Of a DNA stretch of 64,000 nucleotides, positions 38,905-51,445 are shown piece after piece. The translations under genes were made by a program, and so were the position numbers. Below the pieces are notes generated by a model. The model was not told the origin of the DNA and searched no databases. It saw nothing but the letters and a program-made list of their open reading frames with translations. Numbering within the stretch: the stretch's first letter is position 1; each line of letters begins with the position of its first letter. Where the stretch lies: NCBI RefSeq assembly GCF_028368995.1, contig NZ_JAQNDL010000004.1, forward strand, positions 640,001 through 704,000. The letters run 5' to 3'. This stretch comes from Nannocystis bainbridge (GTDB lineage Bacteria > Myxococcota_A > Polyangia > Nannocystales > Nannocystaceae).

Positions 38905-41133
38905 ATGACTCGGAATCGAGTGCAGTATGTATCGTTGGCTACGATGATGATTGGTGCGGTCGGTGCATTTGGATTGGTCGGGTGTACCGAAAACGAGGTC
39001 GACGAGGCGGATCTCGGCGACGACGTCGAGTTCAAGAAAGACGGCGATCCGAAGGCGTTCCCGGGCGAGAGCTTCTCGGCGGACAAGCTGCCGTTCGTCG
39101 AGCCGCTCGAGACGGCCGAGGTGTTCGTCCAGAAGCTGCCCAAGGCGACCGAGGCCGGTGACAACGTCGCGGTGCACATCAAGCTGGACAAGCCGCACAA
39201 CAAGGACCTCCAGGACAGCCTGGTCCGCGTCGTCGGTGACCCCAAGAACCCGATGATGCTGGTGCGCAGCGACGCGCTGGTCGAGCTCGGCGTGCTCAAG
39301 GAGAGCCCCGGCAAGGAGTTCTTCACCGCCTTCGCCACGCTCAGCGCCGAGGAGCTCGAGCAGCGGGCGAAGACCGAGCAGAACCTCGCCAAGTTCGGCG
39401 AGACCACCAAGGACCGGATCGTGTTCGAGGGCCGCAACCCGATCGCGGTCACGACGGGCATCAAGTTCGACATCAGCGTGTTCGACACCGGCGTCCCGGT
39501 CGCGCTCGGGCCCTGTCCGCTCGCGCCGATCTCGACGCCGGCGCGCTGGGAGGAGGCGCTCCTCATCACCGACCTCTCGGTGGTCCGCGACAAGAACCGC
39601 ACCAACGACGTGTGTCACCCCGGGGCCGACAACCCGAACGGCGTGTGGACGTTCAAGCACCTGATGGAGGAGATGGCGATCGGCTCGGGCCTCAGCACCA
39701 ACGATTTCGTGGTCAAGTGGCTGTCGACCTGGCTGACCAATCAGGTCGTCAACAGCGACACGCTCCCGGCGCGCACGCAGATGTTCCAGCAGGTGATCCG
39801 GCCGTGGGCCAACGCCAGCGGCGTCACGTCGTCGCTGGTGGGCGGCAACCTGACCCTCGGCGGCCCGCTCAACCTCGACAAGGCGCCGTTCCGCCTGTCC
39901 GCGATCGTCAACCGCATCGACCTCGGCGAGACCAGCAGCGGCGGCATGTACGGCGGCGGCGGCATGCCGCTCACCGCGGGCGAGATGCGCTTCGTGTTCG
40001 GCGTGCAGAACCTGAACAGCTGCGCGCAGCTGCCCTTCTCGGTGATCTTCGAGTACGGCGTGCCGCGGGAGGACTGCGCCGCGATCAAGGACTGGGCGAA
40101 CCAGTGGATCCGGCTCAGCGACCCGCTGCTGCCCCGGTTCTCGTCCTCGTGGCGCGCCCACCTGGAGAGCATCACCGAGAACGTGGTGCTCAACGGCGCC
40201 GCGCCGGCCAAGGGCAACCAGAACGCGATCAACCAGATCCGGACCAACGAGAACGCGCTCAACTTCCAGTGGGAGCTCCGCGAGTTCACGCTGTCCACCG
40301 AGGACGCGCTCACGAATGTCGACACGCCGACCGACGGCCCGCTGCAGCCGCACACCGTCGCGCTGACCCCCAACGACAGCTTCTACAACGCGTCCGGCGA
40401 CGTCGACATCGACGACTGGACGCTGTTCACGCCGATGCCGCCGTCGGGCGCGCCCGGGGCGGTCCTGTCCGAGGTCTCGTTCGGCGCGGCCTTCACCACC
40501 GGCGCGAGCGGCAACACGATCGTCAGCGACTGCAGCCCGAGCTACTCGATGCCGCTCGTCGCCAGCGGCCTGCCGCTGCGCGGCGGCAACGCTTTCGTGT
40601 CGCCCGTGGATCACTGGCAGATCGCCGCCGCCGATCCGAGCGATCCGCGGGAGGTCTGCGCGCGCCAGCAGTTCTCGATCAACTCCTGCAGCGGCTGTCA
40701 CAAGGAGGACTCGGCCACGCCGTTCTTCCACGTCGATCCGACGAGCGCGCCCGCGAGCCTCTCCAACTTCCTGACCGGCGGCGGCGCCGGCAACGTGTGG
40801 GCGGTGCCCGACCAGCAGTGGGGCCCCGGCGTGGCGTGGATGGAGTTCGCCGACCTCGATCGCCGGCACAACCGGCTCTACGAGATCGCGTGCAACAGCT
40901 GCGGCCGCAGGTTCGTGTTCCCGCACCTCATCGACGTCATCATGGAGGTCAACGGCATGGTCCCCGTGGACACCGGCGTCGCCGAGGATTCGCCGATCAA
41001 GGTCGGTCCGGTGACCAAGCTCGACACGGTCAAGCACCTGCTCAACGCCGCCGCGAAGGTCGACAAGGACGCGGTCGCGCAGGACGTCGAGCTGAGCCGG
41101 TTCACCGGCACGAGCCAGGTGTTCGTGCACTGA
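38905..41133 (+). CDS. Large lipoprotein with a single c-type heme motif
   Basis: AGGAG RBS; lipobox LVGC; APFRLSAIVNRIDL, GEMRFVF, NQIRTNE, WELREF; CSGCH. Confidence 0.8.
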   Translation: MTRNRVQYVSLATMMIGAVGAFGLVGCTENEVDEADLGDDVEFKKDGDPKAFPGESFSADKLPFVEPLETAEVFVQKLPKATEAGDNVAVHIKLDKPHNKDLQDSLVRVVGDPKNPMMLVRSDALVELGVLKESPGKEFFTAFATLSAEELEQRAKTEQNLAKFGETTKDRIVFEGRNPIAVTTGIKFDISVFDTGVPVALGPCPLAPISTPARWEEALLITDLSVVRDKNRTNDVCHPGADNPNGVWTFKHLMEEMAIGSGLSTNDFVVKWLSTWLTNQVVNSDTLPARTQMFQQVIRPWANASGVTSSLVGGNLTLGGPLNLDKAPFRLSAIVNRIDLGETSSGGMYGGGGMPLTAGEMRFVFGVQNLNSCAQLPFSVIFEYGVPREDCAAIKDWANQWIRLSDPLLPRFSSSWRAHLESITENVVLNGAAPAKGNQNAINQIRTNENALNFQWELREFTLSTEDALTNVDTPTDGPLQPHTVALTPNDSFYNASGDVDIDDWTLFTPMPPSGAPGAVLSEVSFGAAFTTGASGNTIVSDCSPSYSMPLVASGLPLRGGNAFVSPVDHWQIAAADPSDPREVCARQQFSINSCSGCHKEDSATPFFHVDPTSAPASLSNFLTGGGAGNVWAVPDQQWGPGVAWMEFADLDRRHNRLYEIACNSCGRRFVFPHLIDVIMEVNGMVPVDTGVAEDSPIKVGPVTKLDTVKHLLNAAAKVDKDAVAQDVELSRFTGTSQVFVH

Positions 41134-41268
41134 GCCGCGCCGAGCAGCGCCCGCGGCCGACGAAGGCCGCGGGCGGCTGCCTCGATCCGATCGCAGCGAG
41201 ACCGCCGCACAATCGACCGCCCGGAAGCGCCGCTTAAGCGCGAATACGTCTGTATGCTTGGAGGCAAC

Positions 41269-41502
41269 ATGAGCACTCTCGACCGAGTCAAGAAGATCGT
41301 CGTCAAGCATCTTGAAGTCAAAGCCGCCAAAGTGACCAAGCAAGCGAACTTCGTCCGCGACCTTGGCGCCAATGCCAACGACATGCTTGAGCTGGTCATG
41401 GCGTTTGAGGAAGAATTCGGCATCGAGATTCCCGATGATGCGGAAGAGAAGATCTCCACCGTGAAGGATGCGATTGTTATCATCGAAAGCAGGCAGGGCT
41501 GA
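41269..41502 (+). CDS. Acyl carrier protein homologue lacking the conserved Ser (DSL replaced by NAN)
   Basis: GGAGG RBS; RVKKIVV.HL.V....V...[39 protein letters not shown]. Confidence 0.85.
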   Translation: MSTLDRVKKIVVKHLEVKAAKVTKQANFVRDLGANANDMLELVMAFEEEFGIEIPDDAEEKISTVKDAIVIIESRQG

Positions 41503-41702
41503 TCGGCTTTCCTGGCGTGGCCGATCTGTCGGGAGAACCCATGAGCGAAGCCTCGACGCAGAAGGTGTCTCTTTTGAGGGCAGCCGTAGGCGCGGCCGTG
41601 CTCGCGGCGTTACTCGTCGGAGTCATCCTCGACGAGCGAGATCCGGCGTCGGTCTTGGCGACATGTAGGATCGGCGAGACATGAGTGAACGGTCGTGGCA
41701 GC

Positions 41703-41923
41703 GCGCCACAGGTACGGGCGAGCTCCACGTCCTCGCGGGCGTAGATGTCCTCCTGGCGGTGCAACGGGAGGTGGTCTTGCCACCGGCGCACGATCGTGTC
41801 GGCGAGCAGGTCGGGGCCGGCGAGCCCACGCTCGATCGGTCGCTCGGGCGTCTCGGCGATCAGGACCAGGGTGTTCAGCGCCGTGGGATCGGTCACCCTC
41901 CGGACAAACTTCGGCCGCACGAC
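41703..41923 (-). mobile_element. IS66-family transposase (TnpC) internal fragment
   Basis: VVRPKFV...PERPIERGLAGPDLLADTIVRRWQDHLPLHRQEDIYARE.VELAR; no start codon and no IS ends seen. Confidence 0.75.
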
Positions 41924-41924
41924 G

Positions 41925-42818
41925 GACGGGCCCAACAACGCCAACACCAACGCGTGCAAGGCCGACTGCAGCAAGCAGGCGTGCGGCGATGGCTTCGTCG
42001 GCCCCGGTGAAGGCTGCGACGACGGCAACCAGAGCAACGCGGACGCGTGCACCAACGTCTGCAAGCCGGCCACCTGCGGCGACGGGTTCGTGCAGGCCGG
42101 CGAGCAGTGCGACCTCGGGCTGCTCAACAGCAACAGCGGGCTGTGCACGCTCGCCTGCAAGAACGCGGTGTGCGGCGACGGCTTCACCCAGCCGGGCGAG
42201 CAGTGCGACGACGCCAACATGAACAACAACGACGCCTGCACCAACACGTGCAAGAACGCGGCGTGCGGCGACGGGTTCGTCCAGCCGGGTGAGCAGTGCG
42301 ACGACGGCAACGCGAGCAACACCGACGGCTGCACCAACGCGTGCAAGCCGGCCACGTGCGGCGACGGGTTCGTCCAGCCCGGCATCGGCGAGACCTGCGA
42401 CGACGCCAACAACATCCCCAACGACGGCTGCAACCCCGGCTGCGGCACGTCCTGCAAGGCCGTCAACGGGCTCAACTGGTGCTACAACCCGACCGCCTGC
42501 GGGCAGCCGTGCGATGCCGTGTGCGCGCACTTCGGGCTCACGCCGCTGGCCGACAAGAACGCGTGGTTCCTGGCCCAGGACACCGAGCCCGAGTGCTAGG
42601 CGCTGGCGAGCGCGTTCGGGCTGAACGGCGTCGCGGTGAACGGCTGGACCTACGCGTGCCTCGAGGACACGTCCGGCGATCACACCAACATGCCGCTGAT
42701 CGGGCCGCTGTACTGCTCGACCTACGCCGGGTGCCCGAACGAGCACCTCATCAACATGGACCAGATCGGGAACGCCTGTAACAACAACGGCCGGCGCTCG
42801 ATCTGCCCGTGCCAGTGA
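41925..42818 (+). pseudogene. 5'-truncated DUF4215 Cys-rich repeat gene with an in-frame TAG
   Basis: Begins mid-repeat at the IS66 junction; CGDGFVQPGEQCDDGN repeats; TAG at 42597-42599, with the same high-GC3 frame continuing to TGA 42818. Confidence 0.75.
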
Positions 42819-42977
42819 GCGCGCTCGCCGGATGGCTCTCGGGACAGGTAGACCGAGAGCCGTCCGGTGCCTGGACCGCGTGACGCGCGGCCTGCTCGCG
42901 GCTCAGCCGGAGGTCCCATGGGTGCCTCCGGCTGAGCCGTCGACACGCATCATCCGTGGAGCCGCGCGGGCTCGGCG

Positions 42978-44582
42978 TCAGCGCGGGGCCGCGGTGTTCT
43001 GCAGCACGACCACGTGGCTGGCCTGCGGCGCGACGTCGGCGGCCGTGAAGGCGGTGAGCAGCTCGGCGCGCAGCAGCTCGCAGGTGGCGTCGTCGCGGCC
43101 GGGCTTGACGCGGGCGACGCAGCGGACGAGCACGCCGGTGTCTTGCAGGTCCTGGACCACGAATTCGGGGTCGTCGAGGAGGTCGGGGCAGCGCGGGCGG
43201 AGCTCGGCCAGGTGGGCCTTGAAGAGCGCGAGGACGCGGGTGAGGTCGGCGGCGTAGGGCAGGCGGAAGTCGACGATCGCGTTGACGTAGACGCGCGCGT
43301 GGTTGGCGATGCTGCGGACCTCGCCGTTGGGGATGCAGTGGAGCACGCCGGCCTCGTCGCGGAGCTTGAGCACGCGGACCCCGATCTCCTCGACGTTGCC
43401 GACCACGTCGCCGACGCGCACGCGGTCGCCGACGAGGAACAGGCCCTCGAACAGGATGAAGAAGCCGGACACGACGTCGCCGACGAACGCCTGCGCGCCG
43501 AGGCCGACGGCCAGCCCGAGCAGGCCGGCGCCGGCGAGGATCGGCGAGGTGTCGAGGCCGAGCTCCTGCAGCGCCATCACCGTCATGCAGAAGTAGATGG
43601 CGTAGCGGAGGATGCTGCTGGCGACCGGGACGAGGGTGAGGCGCTGCTGGTTCTCGGCCTCGCTGCGCTTGTCCGGATCGGCCAGCAGCAGCTCGCGCAC
43701 CAGCAGCTCGAACACCTCGATCAGCACCCGGCCGGCGTACACGAGGGCGATGATGCGGATGCCGACGAGGCCGAACTCCGACAGCCGGCCGCCGGGGTTG
43801 ATCTGATCGAAGATCCAGGTGGCGGCGCCGACGAAGAAGAAGTAGTCGAGCGTGCGCTTGGTGATGCCCGCGAGGTGCTCGAGCCGACCGACGTAGCGCA
43901 GGGTGCGGTGGCCCTCGCGGCCGCGCGCGAACTGAAACACGACGTCGACCGCCAGGTGGGCGATGACGATCATCGTCCGCGCGATCAGCACGCCGAGCGC
44001 GACCACCGTGACGACGTGCAGCGCTCGCACGATCAGCTCCGGCGGAGGTGCGAGCGCGACGCACAGGCCCGCGGCCGCCAGCGCGATGCCCCAGCGCAGG
44101 GCGATCAGCAGGCGCTCGAGCAGGACGGCGAGCTGGGCGTCGTGCTGCGCGAACGCGGGGTTGCGGCGCAGGCCGGCGATCAAGTAGTGGGCGACGACCT
44201 TGAAGAATCGATAGACGAGGTAGGCGGCGAGCGCGACGCCGACGACGCTCAGGGCCCGCTGCAGCGCCGCCATCGGATCGCGGAGGAGCGCGACCTGGGC
44301 CCACGCCCACAGCCGCGGCGCGCAGTCGATGTCGTACATCGTCAGCGCGACGCCCCCCACGATCAGCGCGATGGCGACCACGGTGGCGACGACGACGATC
44401 GCCCGCGACACGCGGCTCGCCAGCGAGGCGGCCAGGGTGTCGTGATTGGGAGCGCGGACCAGCCGCAGCGCGACCCGCAGCAGGCGACCGGACTGGCGCG
44501 ACACGATCAGGGCCGCGAGGACCACGAGCAGGAGCGCGGCGCCGAATACGAGCGCGTTATTCAACAGCGTTGCAGCGTCCAT
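42978..44582 (-). CDS. MscS family mechanosensitive channel
   Basis: Multiple TM helices; GAGLLGLAVGLGAQ..V.DVVSGFFILFE..F.VGD.V....G.VE.IG.R...IPNG. Confidence 0.92.
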   Translation of the reverse strand: MDAATLLNNALVFGAALLLVVLAALIVSRQSGRLLRVALRLVRAPNHDTLAASLASRVSRAIVVVATVVAIALIVGGVALTMYDIDCAPRLWAWAQVALLRDPMAALQRALSVVGVALAAYLVYRFFKVVAHYLIAGLRRNPAFAQHDAQLAVLLERLLIALRWGIALAAAGLCVALAPPPELIVRALHVVTVVALGVLIARTMIVIAHLAVDVVFQFARGREGHRTLRYVGRLEHLAGITKRTLDYFFFVGAATWIFDQINPGGRLSEFGLVGIRIIALVYAGRVLIEVFELLVRELLLADPDKRSEAENQQRLTLVPVASSILRYAIYFCMTVMALQELGLDTSPILAGAGLLGLAVGLGAQAFVGDVVSGFFILFEGLFLVGDRVRVGDVVGNVEEIGVRVLKLRDEAGVLHCIPNGEVRSIANHARVYVNAIVDFRLPYAADLTRVLALFKAHLAELRPRCPDLLDDPEFVVQDLQDTGVLVRCVARVKPGRDDATCELLRAELLTAFTAADVAPQASHVVVLQNTAAPR

Positions 44583-44824
44583 CGACGCGACATTGTGGAT
44601 CACGAGCGGCGGCCTCGTCGAGTCCTCGGGTGCGCCCAGTGTGCCATAGCGATCGGCGAGGAACACAAACGCCCATTGACAATCGTGACAGGTGTCGGCA
44701 GTGGGCGCCCGCTGGGCGCCCGCCCGGCCGGACCGGGCGCCCACGCCGATTGTGCCACGCAGACGGCCATTGCGTGAGGATATCTGGCGATCGGCCGCTC
44801 GCATCCGCGCCGCTTGTTTTTACG

Positions 44825-44854
44825 TTGACAGCGTATTTCTGACCCGGTAGAGCT
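44825..44854 (+). promoter_or_regulatory. Possible sigma70-type promoter for the encapsulin-geosmin operon
   Basis: Perfect TTGACA at 44825, 17-nt spacer, weak -10 TAGAGC, in an AT-enriched divergent gap. Confidence 0.4.
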
Positions 44855-45037
44855 CGCCGCGAAAATTCCAATCAACATACTCCGCGCGCGGTTACGGACG
44901 CGCCGGAAATGTCACGAGTCCGAACGGTTCTCGTGACCGACGAATGACGAGCCCCCGGGGGTCGAGCCCGGGAATGGCGCGTCTGTTCGGCGGTGCGGGC
45001 CAATCGTCACAATTGAGAAAGACCTCGAGGTTACGTC

Positions 45038-46435
45038 ATGTCGAATGCTCAGAAACCCGGTGATTTTGGCTCGCAGACCAGCCTGGCGACCGCAGCAGCG
45101 CGCAATTTGGCGACGACGACCAAGTCGGAGCCGCAGATGCAAGGCATCAGCTCGCGGTGGCTGCTCAAGCTGCTGCCGTGGGTGCGCGCCGCGGGCGGCG
45201 TCTACCGCGTCAACCGCCGCCTCAGCTACGCGATCGGCGACGGTCGCCTCAGCTTCACCAACGTCGGCGCCAAGGTGTCGGTGGTCCCGCAGGAGCTGAG
45301 CGAGCTGCCGCTGCTGCGCGGCTTCGACGACGTCGAGGTGCTCGCGGCCCTGGCCGGCAAGTTCGTCCAGCGCGAGTACAAGGCCGGCGAGTTGCTGGTC
45401 GAGGCCGGCAAGCCCGCCGACCAAGTGTTCCTGATCGCCCACGGTAAGGTCAACAAGCTCGGCACCGGCAAGTACGGCGACGAGACCGTGCTGGCGGTGC
45501 TGGCCGACGGCGCCCACTTCGGCGACCAGAACCTGGTCGAGGAGAACGACACGTGGGGCTTCACCGTCAAGGCGGTGACCCGCGTCATCGCCCTGACGCT
45601 GCCCGAGAAGGCGCTCGCCGACGCGGTCGAGCAGTCGCCGGCGCTGCGCGCCCAGGTCGAGAAGTTCAAGGCCAACCGCGGCAAGCCGCAGAGCGGCCAG
45701 GGCGAGGCCGAGATCGCGCTGGCCTCCGGCCACCGCGGCGAGGTGGCGCTGCCGGGCACGTTCGTCGACTACGAGCTGTCGCCGCGGGAGTACGAGCTCA
45801 GCGTGGCCCAGACGGTGCTGCAGGTGCACTCCCGCGTCGCCGATCTCTACAACGAGCCGATGAACCAGACGCAGCAGCAGCTGCGCCTGACCATCGAGGC
45901 GCTGCGCGAGCGGCAAGAGCACGAGATGATCAACAGCCCCGAGTTCGGCCTGCTCCACAACGCCGACCTCAAGCAGCGCATCCACACCCGTTCGGGCCCG
46001 CCGACCCCGGACGACCTCGACGAGCTGCTGGCGCTGGTGTGGAAGGAGCCGACGGCGTTCCTGGCCCACCCGCGCACCATCGCGGCGTTCGGCCAGGAGT
46101 GCAGCAAGCGCGGCATCTACCCGCACCCCGTCGAGTTCGCGGGGCATCACATCCCGGCGTGGCGCGGCGTGCCGATCCTGCCGTGCAACAAGATCCCGGT
46201 GACCGACACCCGCACCAGCTCGATCCTGCTGCTGCGCGCCGGCGAGAAGAACCAGGGCGTCATCGGCCTCCACCAGCCGGGCATCCCCGACGAGGTCGAG
46301 CCGAGCCTGTCGGTGCGGTTCATGGGCATCAACGAGAAGGCGATCATCTCGTACCTCGTCAGCGCCTACTACTCGGCCGCCGTGCTGGTGCCCGACGCGC
46401 TGGCGGTGCTCGAGGACGCGGAGATCGGTCGCTGA
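45038..46435 (+). CDS. Family 2B encapsulin shell protein with inserted cNMP-binding domain (copy 1)
   Basis: [30 protein letters not shown]...GG.YRVNRR; cNMP-like core; [27 protein letters not shown]; [12 protein letters not shown]. Confidence 0.92.
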   Translation: MSNAQKPGDFGSQTSLATAAARNLATTTKSEPQMQGISSRWLLKLLPWVRAAGGVYRVNRRLSYAIGDGRLSFTNVGAKVSVVPQELSELPLLRGFDDVEVLAALAGKFVQREYKAGELLVEAGKPADQVFLIAHGKVNKLGTGKYGDETVLAVLADGAHFGDQNLVEENDTWGFTVKAVTRVIALTLPEKALADAVEQSPALRAQVEKFKANRGKPQSGQGEAEIALASGHRGEVALPGTFVDYELSPREYELSVAQTVLQVHSRVADLYNEPMNQTQQQLRLTIEALRERQEHEMINSPEFGLLHNADLKQRIHTRSGPPTPDDLDELLALVWKEPTAFLAHPRTIAAFGQECSKRGIYPHPVEFAGHHIPAWRGVPILPCNKIPVTDTRTSSILLLRAGEKNQGVIGLHQPGIPDEVEPSLSVRFMGINEKAIISYLVSAYYSAAVLVPDALAVLEDAEIGR

Positions 46436-46471
46436 GGCGGCCGCGGAGCTGAGTCGTAGAGGAGACCGGTC

Positions 46472-47869
46472 ATGTCGGACACGTCGAACCCGAGAGATGA
46501 TGCGCAGACGAGCCTCGCCACGGCGGCGGCTCGCAACCTGGCGACGACCACCAAGTCGGCGCCGCAGATGGCGGGCCAGAGCCCGCGCTGGCTGCTGCGC
46601 CTGCTCCCGTGGGTCGACGTGCCCGGCGGGACCTACCGCGTCAATCGTCGCCTGACCTACGCGGTCGGCGACGGGCGCGTCGGATTTACCAGCGTCGGGC
46701 CGCGCGTGCAGGTCATCCCGCGCGAGCTGACCGAGCTGCCGCTGCTGCGCGGCTTCGAGGACGACGAGGTGCTGTCGGCGCTCGCCGATCGCTTCGTCCA
46801 GCACGAGGTCGCCGCCGGCGAGGTCATCGTCGCCGCCGGCGCGCCCGCCGATCGCGTGGTGCTGCTGGCGCACGGCAAGGCGCGCAAGCTCGGCCCCGGC
46901 AAGTACGACGATTCGCTGGTGCTCGGGCAGCTCGTCGACGGCGATCACTTCGGCGACGAAGGCCTGGTCGCGCGCGGCGACGCGTGGCCGTACACGGTGC
47001 AGGCGGTCACGCGCTGCGTGGTCCTGACGCTGTCGGAGCAGGTGCTGACGCGGGCGATCGCCGACTCCCCGGCGCTCGCCGCACACGTCGAGGCCTACGC
47101 GCGCCGACGCGCGCAGCCGCAGGACAAGAGCGGGCAGCAGGCGATAGCGATGTCCGCCGGGCACAGCGGTGAAGCGACGCTGCCGATCAGCTACGTCGAT
47201 TACGAGCTGCGCCCGCGCGAGTACGAGCTCTCGCTCGTGCAGACGATCTTGCGCGTACACACCCGCGTGGCTGACCTCTATAGTGAGCCGATGGATCAGA
47301 CGCAGGAGCAGCTGCGCCTCACGATCGCGGCGGTGCGCGAGCAGCAGGAGCACGAGCTGCTGAACCACCGCGAGTTCGGGCTGCTGCACAACGTCGACCT
47401 CAAGCAGCGGATCCCGACCCGCAGCGGGCCGCCGACGCCCGAGGACCTCGACGAGCTGCTGTGCCGTCGGCGCTCGACCCGGTTCTTCCTGGCCCACCCG
47501 CGCACGATCGCCGCGTTCGCCCGCGAGTGCACGCGCCGCGGGATCTACCCGCAGACGCTGGCGCTCGAGGGCAGCGCGATGCTCGGCTGGCGCGGGGTCC
47601 CGATCGTGCCGAGCGACAAGATGCCGATCTCCCGCGAGGGCACCAGCGCGATCCTGGCGATGCGCGTCGGCGCCGAGTCGCAGGGCGTGATCGGGCTGCA
47701 CCAGACCGGCATCCCCGACGAGGTCGAGCCGAGCCTTTCGGTGCGCTCGATCGGGGTCGACGACCGCGCGGTCCACGAATACCTGATCACTGCGTACTTC
47801 TCGGCGGCGGTGCTGGTGCCCGACGCGCTGGGGATGCTCGAAGACGTGGCGATCGGTCGCCAGGAGTAG
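46472..47869 (+). CDS. Family 2B encapsulin shell protein (copy 2)
   Basis: Same length (465 aa) and motifs as copy 1; AGGAG RBS. Confidence 0.92.
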   Translation: MSDTSNPRDDAQTSLATAAARNLATTTKSAPQMAGQSPRWLLRLLPWVDVPGGTYRVNRRLTYAVGDGRVGFTSVGPRVQVIPRELTELPLLRGFEDDEVLSALADRFVQHEVAAGEVIVAAGAPADRVVLLAHGKARKLGPGKYDDSLVLGQLVDGDHFGDEGLVARGDAWPYTVQAVTRCVVLTLSEQVLTRAIADSPALAAHVEAYARRRAQPQDKSGQQAIAMSAGHSGEATLPISYVDYELRPREYELSLVQTILRVHTRVADLYSEPMDQTQEQLRLTIAAVREQQEHELLNHREFGLLHNVDLKQRIPTRSGPPTPEDLDELLCRRRSTRFFLAHPRTIAAFARECTRRGIYPQTLALEGSAMLGWRGVPIVPSDKMPISREGTSAILAMRVGAESQGVIGLHQTGIPDEVEPSLSVRSIGVDDRAVHEYLITAYFSAAVLVPDALGMLEDVAIGRQE

Positions 47870-50224
<2,355 letters not shown>

Positions 50225-50297
50225 CCGGCCTCACTTCGGGCGCCAGAACGCCGGCGGCGCCGGCGTCTGGCCCTTCGCCTGCGGCAAGATTTCGTCG

Positions 50298-51392
50298 TCA
50301 GCGCGGCGCGGTGGCCTGCGCGGCCTCGATCTCGGCGTGGATCGCGGGCGCGTGGAGCCGGGTCCACTCGAGCACGGCGCGCAGCTGGACGCCGTAGTTC
50401 TCGGTGCGCACCGCGACGCCGTCGAGCTTGATCGTCGCGCCGGGGAGCTCGCGGTGGCCGCGGTGCAAGGCGACGACGCCCCACTCGTCGTCGCACACCG
50501 GCGAGCCGGAGGCGCCGCTGCGGGTGTCGGTGAGATAGCTGAGCCAGTGGCTGTCGCCGTGCACGACGAAGTTGTTGCGCAGGCCGATCCGCATCGGCTC
50601 GCCGTCGGGGTGCTGCAGGACGTTGACGCACTCCGCCAGCGGGGTGTCGCGGGTGCGCTCGAGCGGGCGCACTCGCAGGCGCAGCGGCGGACGGTCGACG
50701 GGCCCCAGCCGCAGCAGCGCGAAGTCGAGTTCGGCGTCGGCGGCGACGACCTCGAGCACACCGACCGATTCGAAGGGAGCGTCGGGGGCGAGGTAGTCGA
50801 ATTGCAGGACGGTCCCGCGGGCCTGCAGCGCGAAGTCAGTGGCGGTGATCGTCTCGCCGTCCTGGCGCGCGGCGATGACGTGATGGTTGGTGATGCCGAG
50901 GTTGGGCGCGATCAGCCAGCCGGTGCCGGTCGAAACCTCGGGGCTCTCGTCGGCCTGGTAGCGCGGCTTGTCGCCGAAGTGACGGTGGACCAAAACCTTG
51001 GCCACCGACTTGGCCGCCTCGGCGCCGCGGACGAGGAAGCGGGCGGAGATGGTGTGATCGCGCCGGGTCGACAGGGCCTCGAGGTGGAGGCGCGAGAGCT
51101 GCTCGGGCGAGGTCCAGGCGTAGGGCTTGGGCTGGGACCACTCGGCCGCGACGGCCTGGATCTCGGCGCTGCGGCGCGGTCGCTCGGCGCACAGAGCGGC
51201 GAAGAAGCGGGCGTCGACGAGCTGACGGCGCTCGAGCAGTTCGCACGCGGCCTCGACGAGCTGCACGGGCGGAACGTTGGCGCCGGGCAGGGCGAGGATC
51301 ACCTCGTCGCCGAAGCCGTAGCGCAGGAATCGCCGCAGCTCGTCGGCGCTGAACATGCTGAGCAAGAGGCGCTCCAACCGTTGTGTTCGCAT
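50298..51392 (-). CDS. EAD-like helical domain + trypsin-like (V8-type) serine peptidase
   Basis: N-terminal LLLSMFSADELRRFL...LPG...LLERR.L...FF.AL..ERP; TGTGWLI...TNHHV, LDFALL, QHP.G, TDTRSGASGSPV, ALH. Confidence 0.85.
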   Translation of the reverse strand: MRTQRLERLLLSMFSADELRRFLRYGFGDEVILALPGANVPPVQLVEAACELLERRQLVDARFFAALCAERPRRSAEIQAVAAEWSQPKPYAWTSPEQLSRLHLEALSTRRDHTISARFLVRGAEAAKSVAKVLVHRHFGDKPRYQADESPEVSTGTGWLIAPNLGITNHHVIAARQDGETITATDFALQARGTVLQFDYLAPDAPFESVGVLEVVAADAELDFALLRLGPVDRPPLRLRVRPLERTRDTPLAECVNVLQHPDGEPMRIGLRNNFVVHGDSHWLSYLTDTRSGASGSPVCDDEWGVVALHRGHRELPGATIKLDGVAVRTENYGVQLRAVLEWTRLHAPAIHAEIEAAQATAPR

Positions 51393-51445
51393 GGCGGTGT
51401 TCGGCTCGAAGGATCAAGGCGAGGATGGCGGGTTTCGGTCAGGCA

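Noticed and set aside
42597-42599. Programmed amber readthrough (pyrrolysine)
   Set aside because: No pyl genes are visible and the gene is already 5'-truncated; a nonsense mutation or sequencing error is simpler.
44911-44937. 8-bp inverted repeat GTCACGAG/CTCGTGAC in the encapsulin leader
   Set aside because: Single short occurrence; cannot be distinguished from chance without comparative data.
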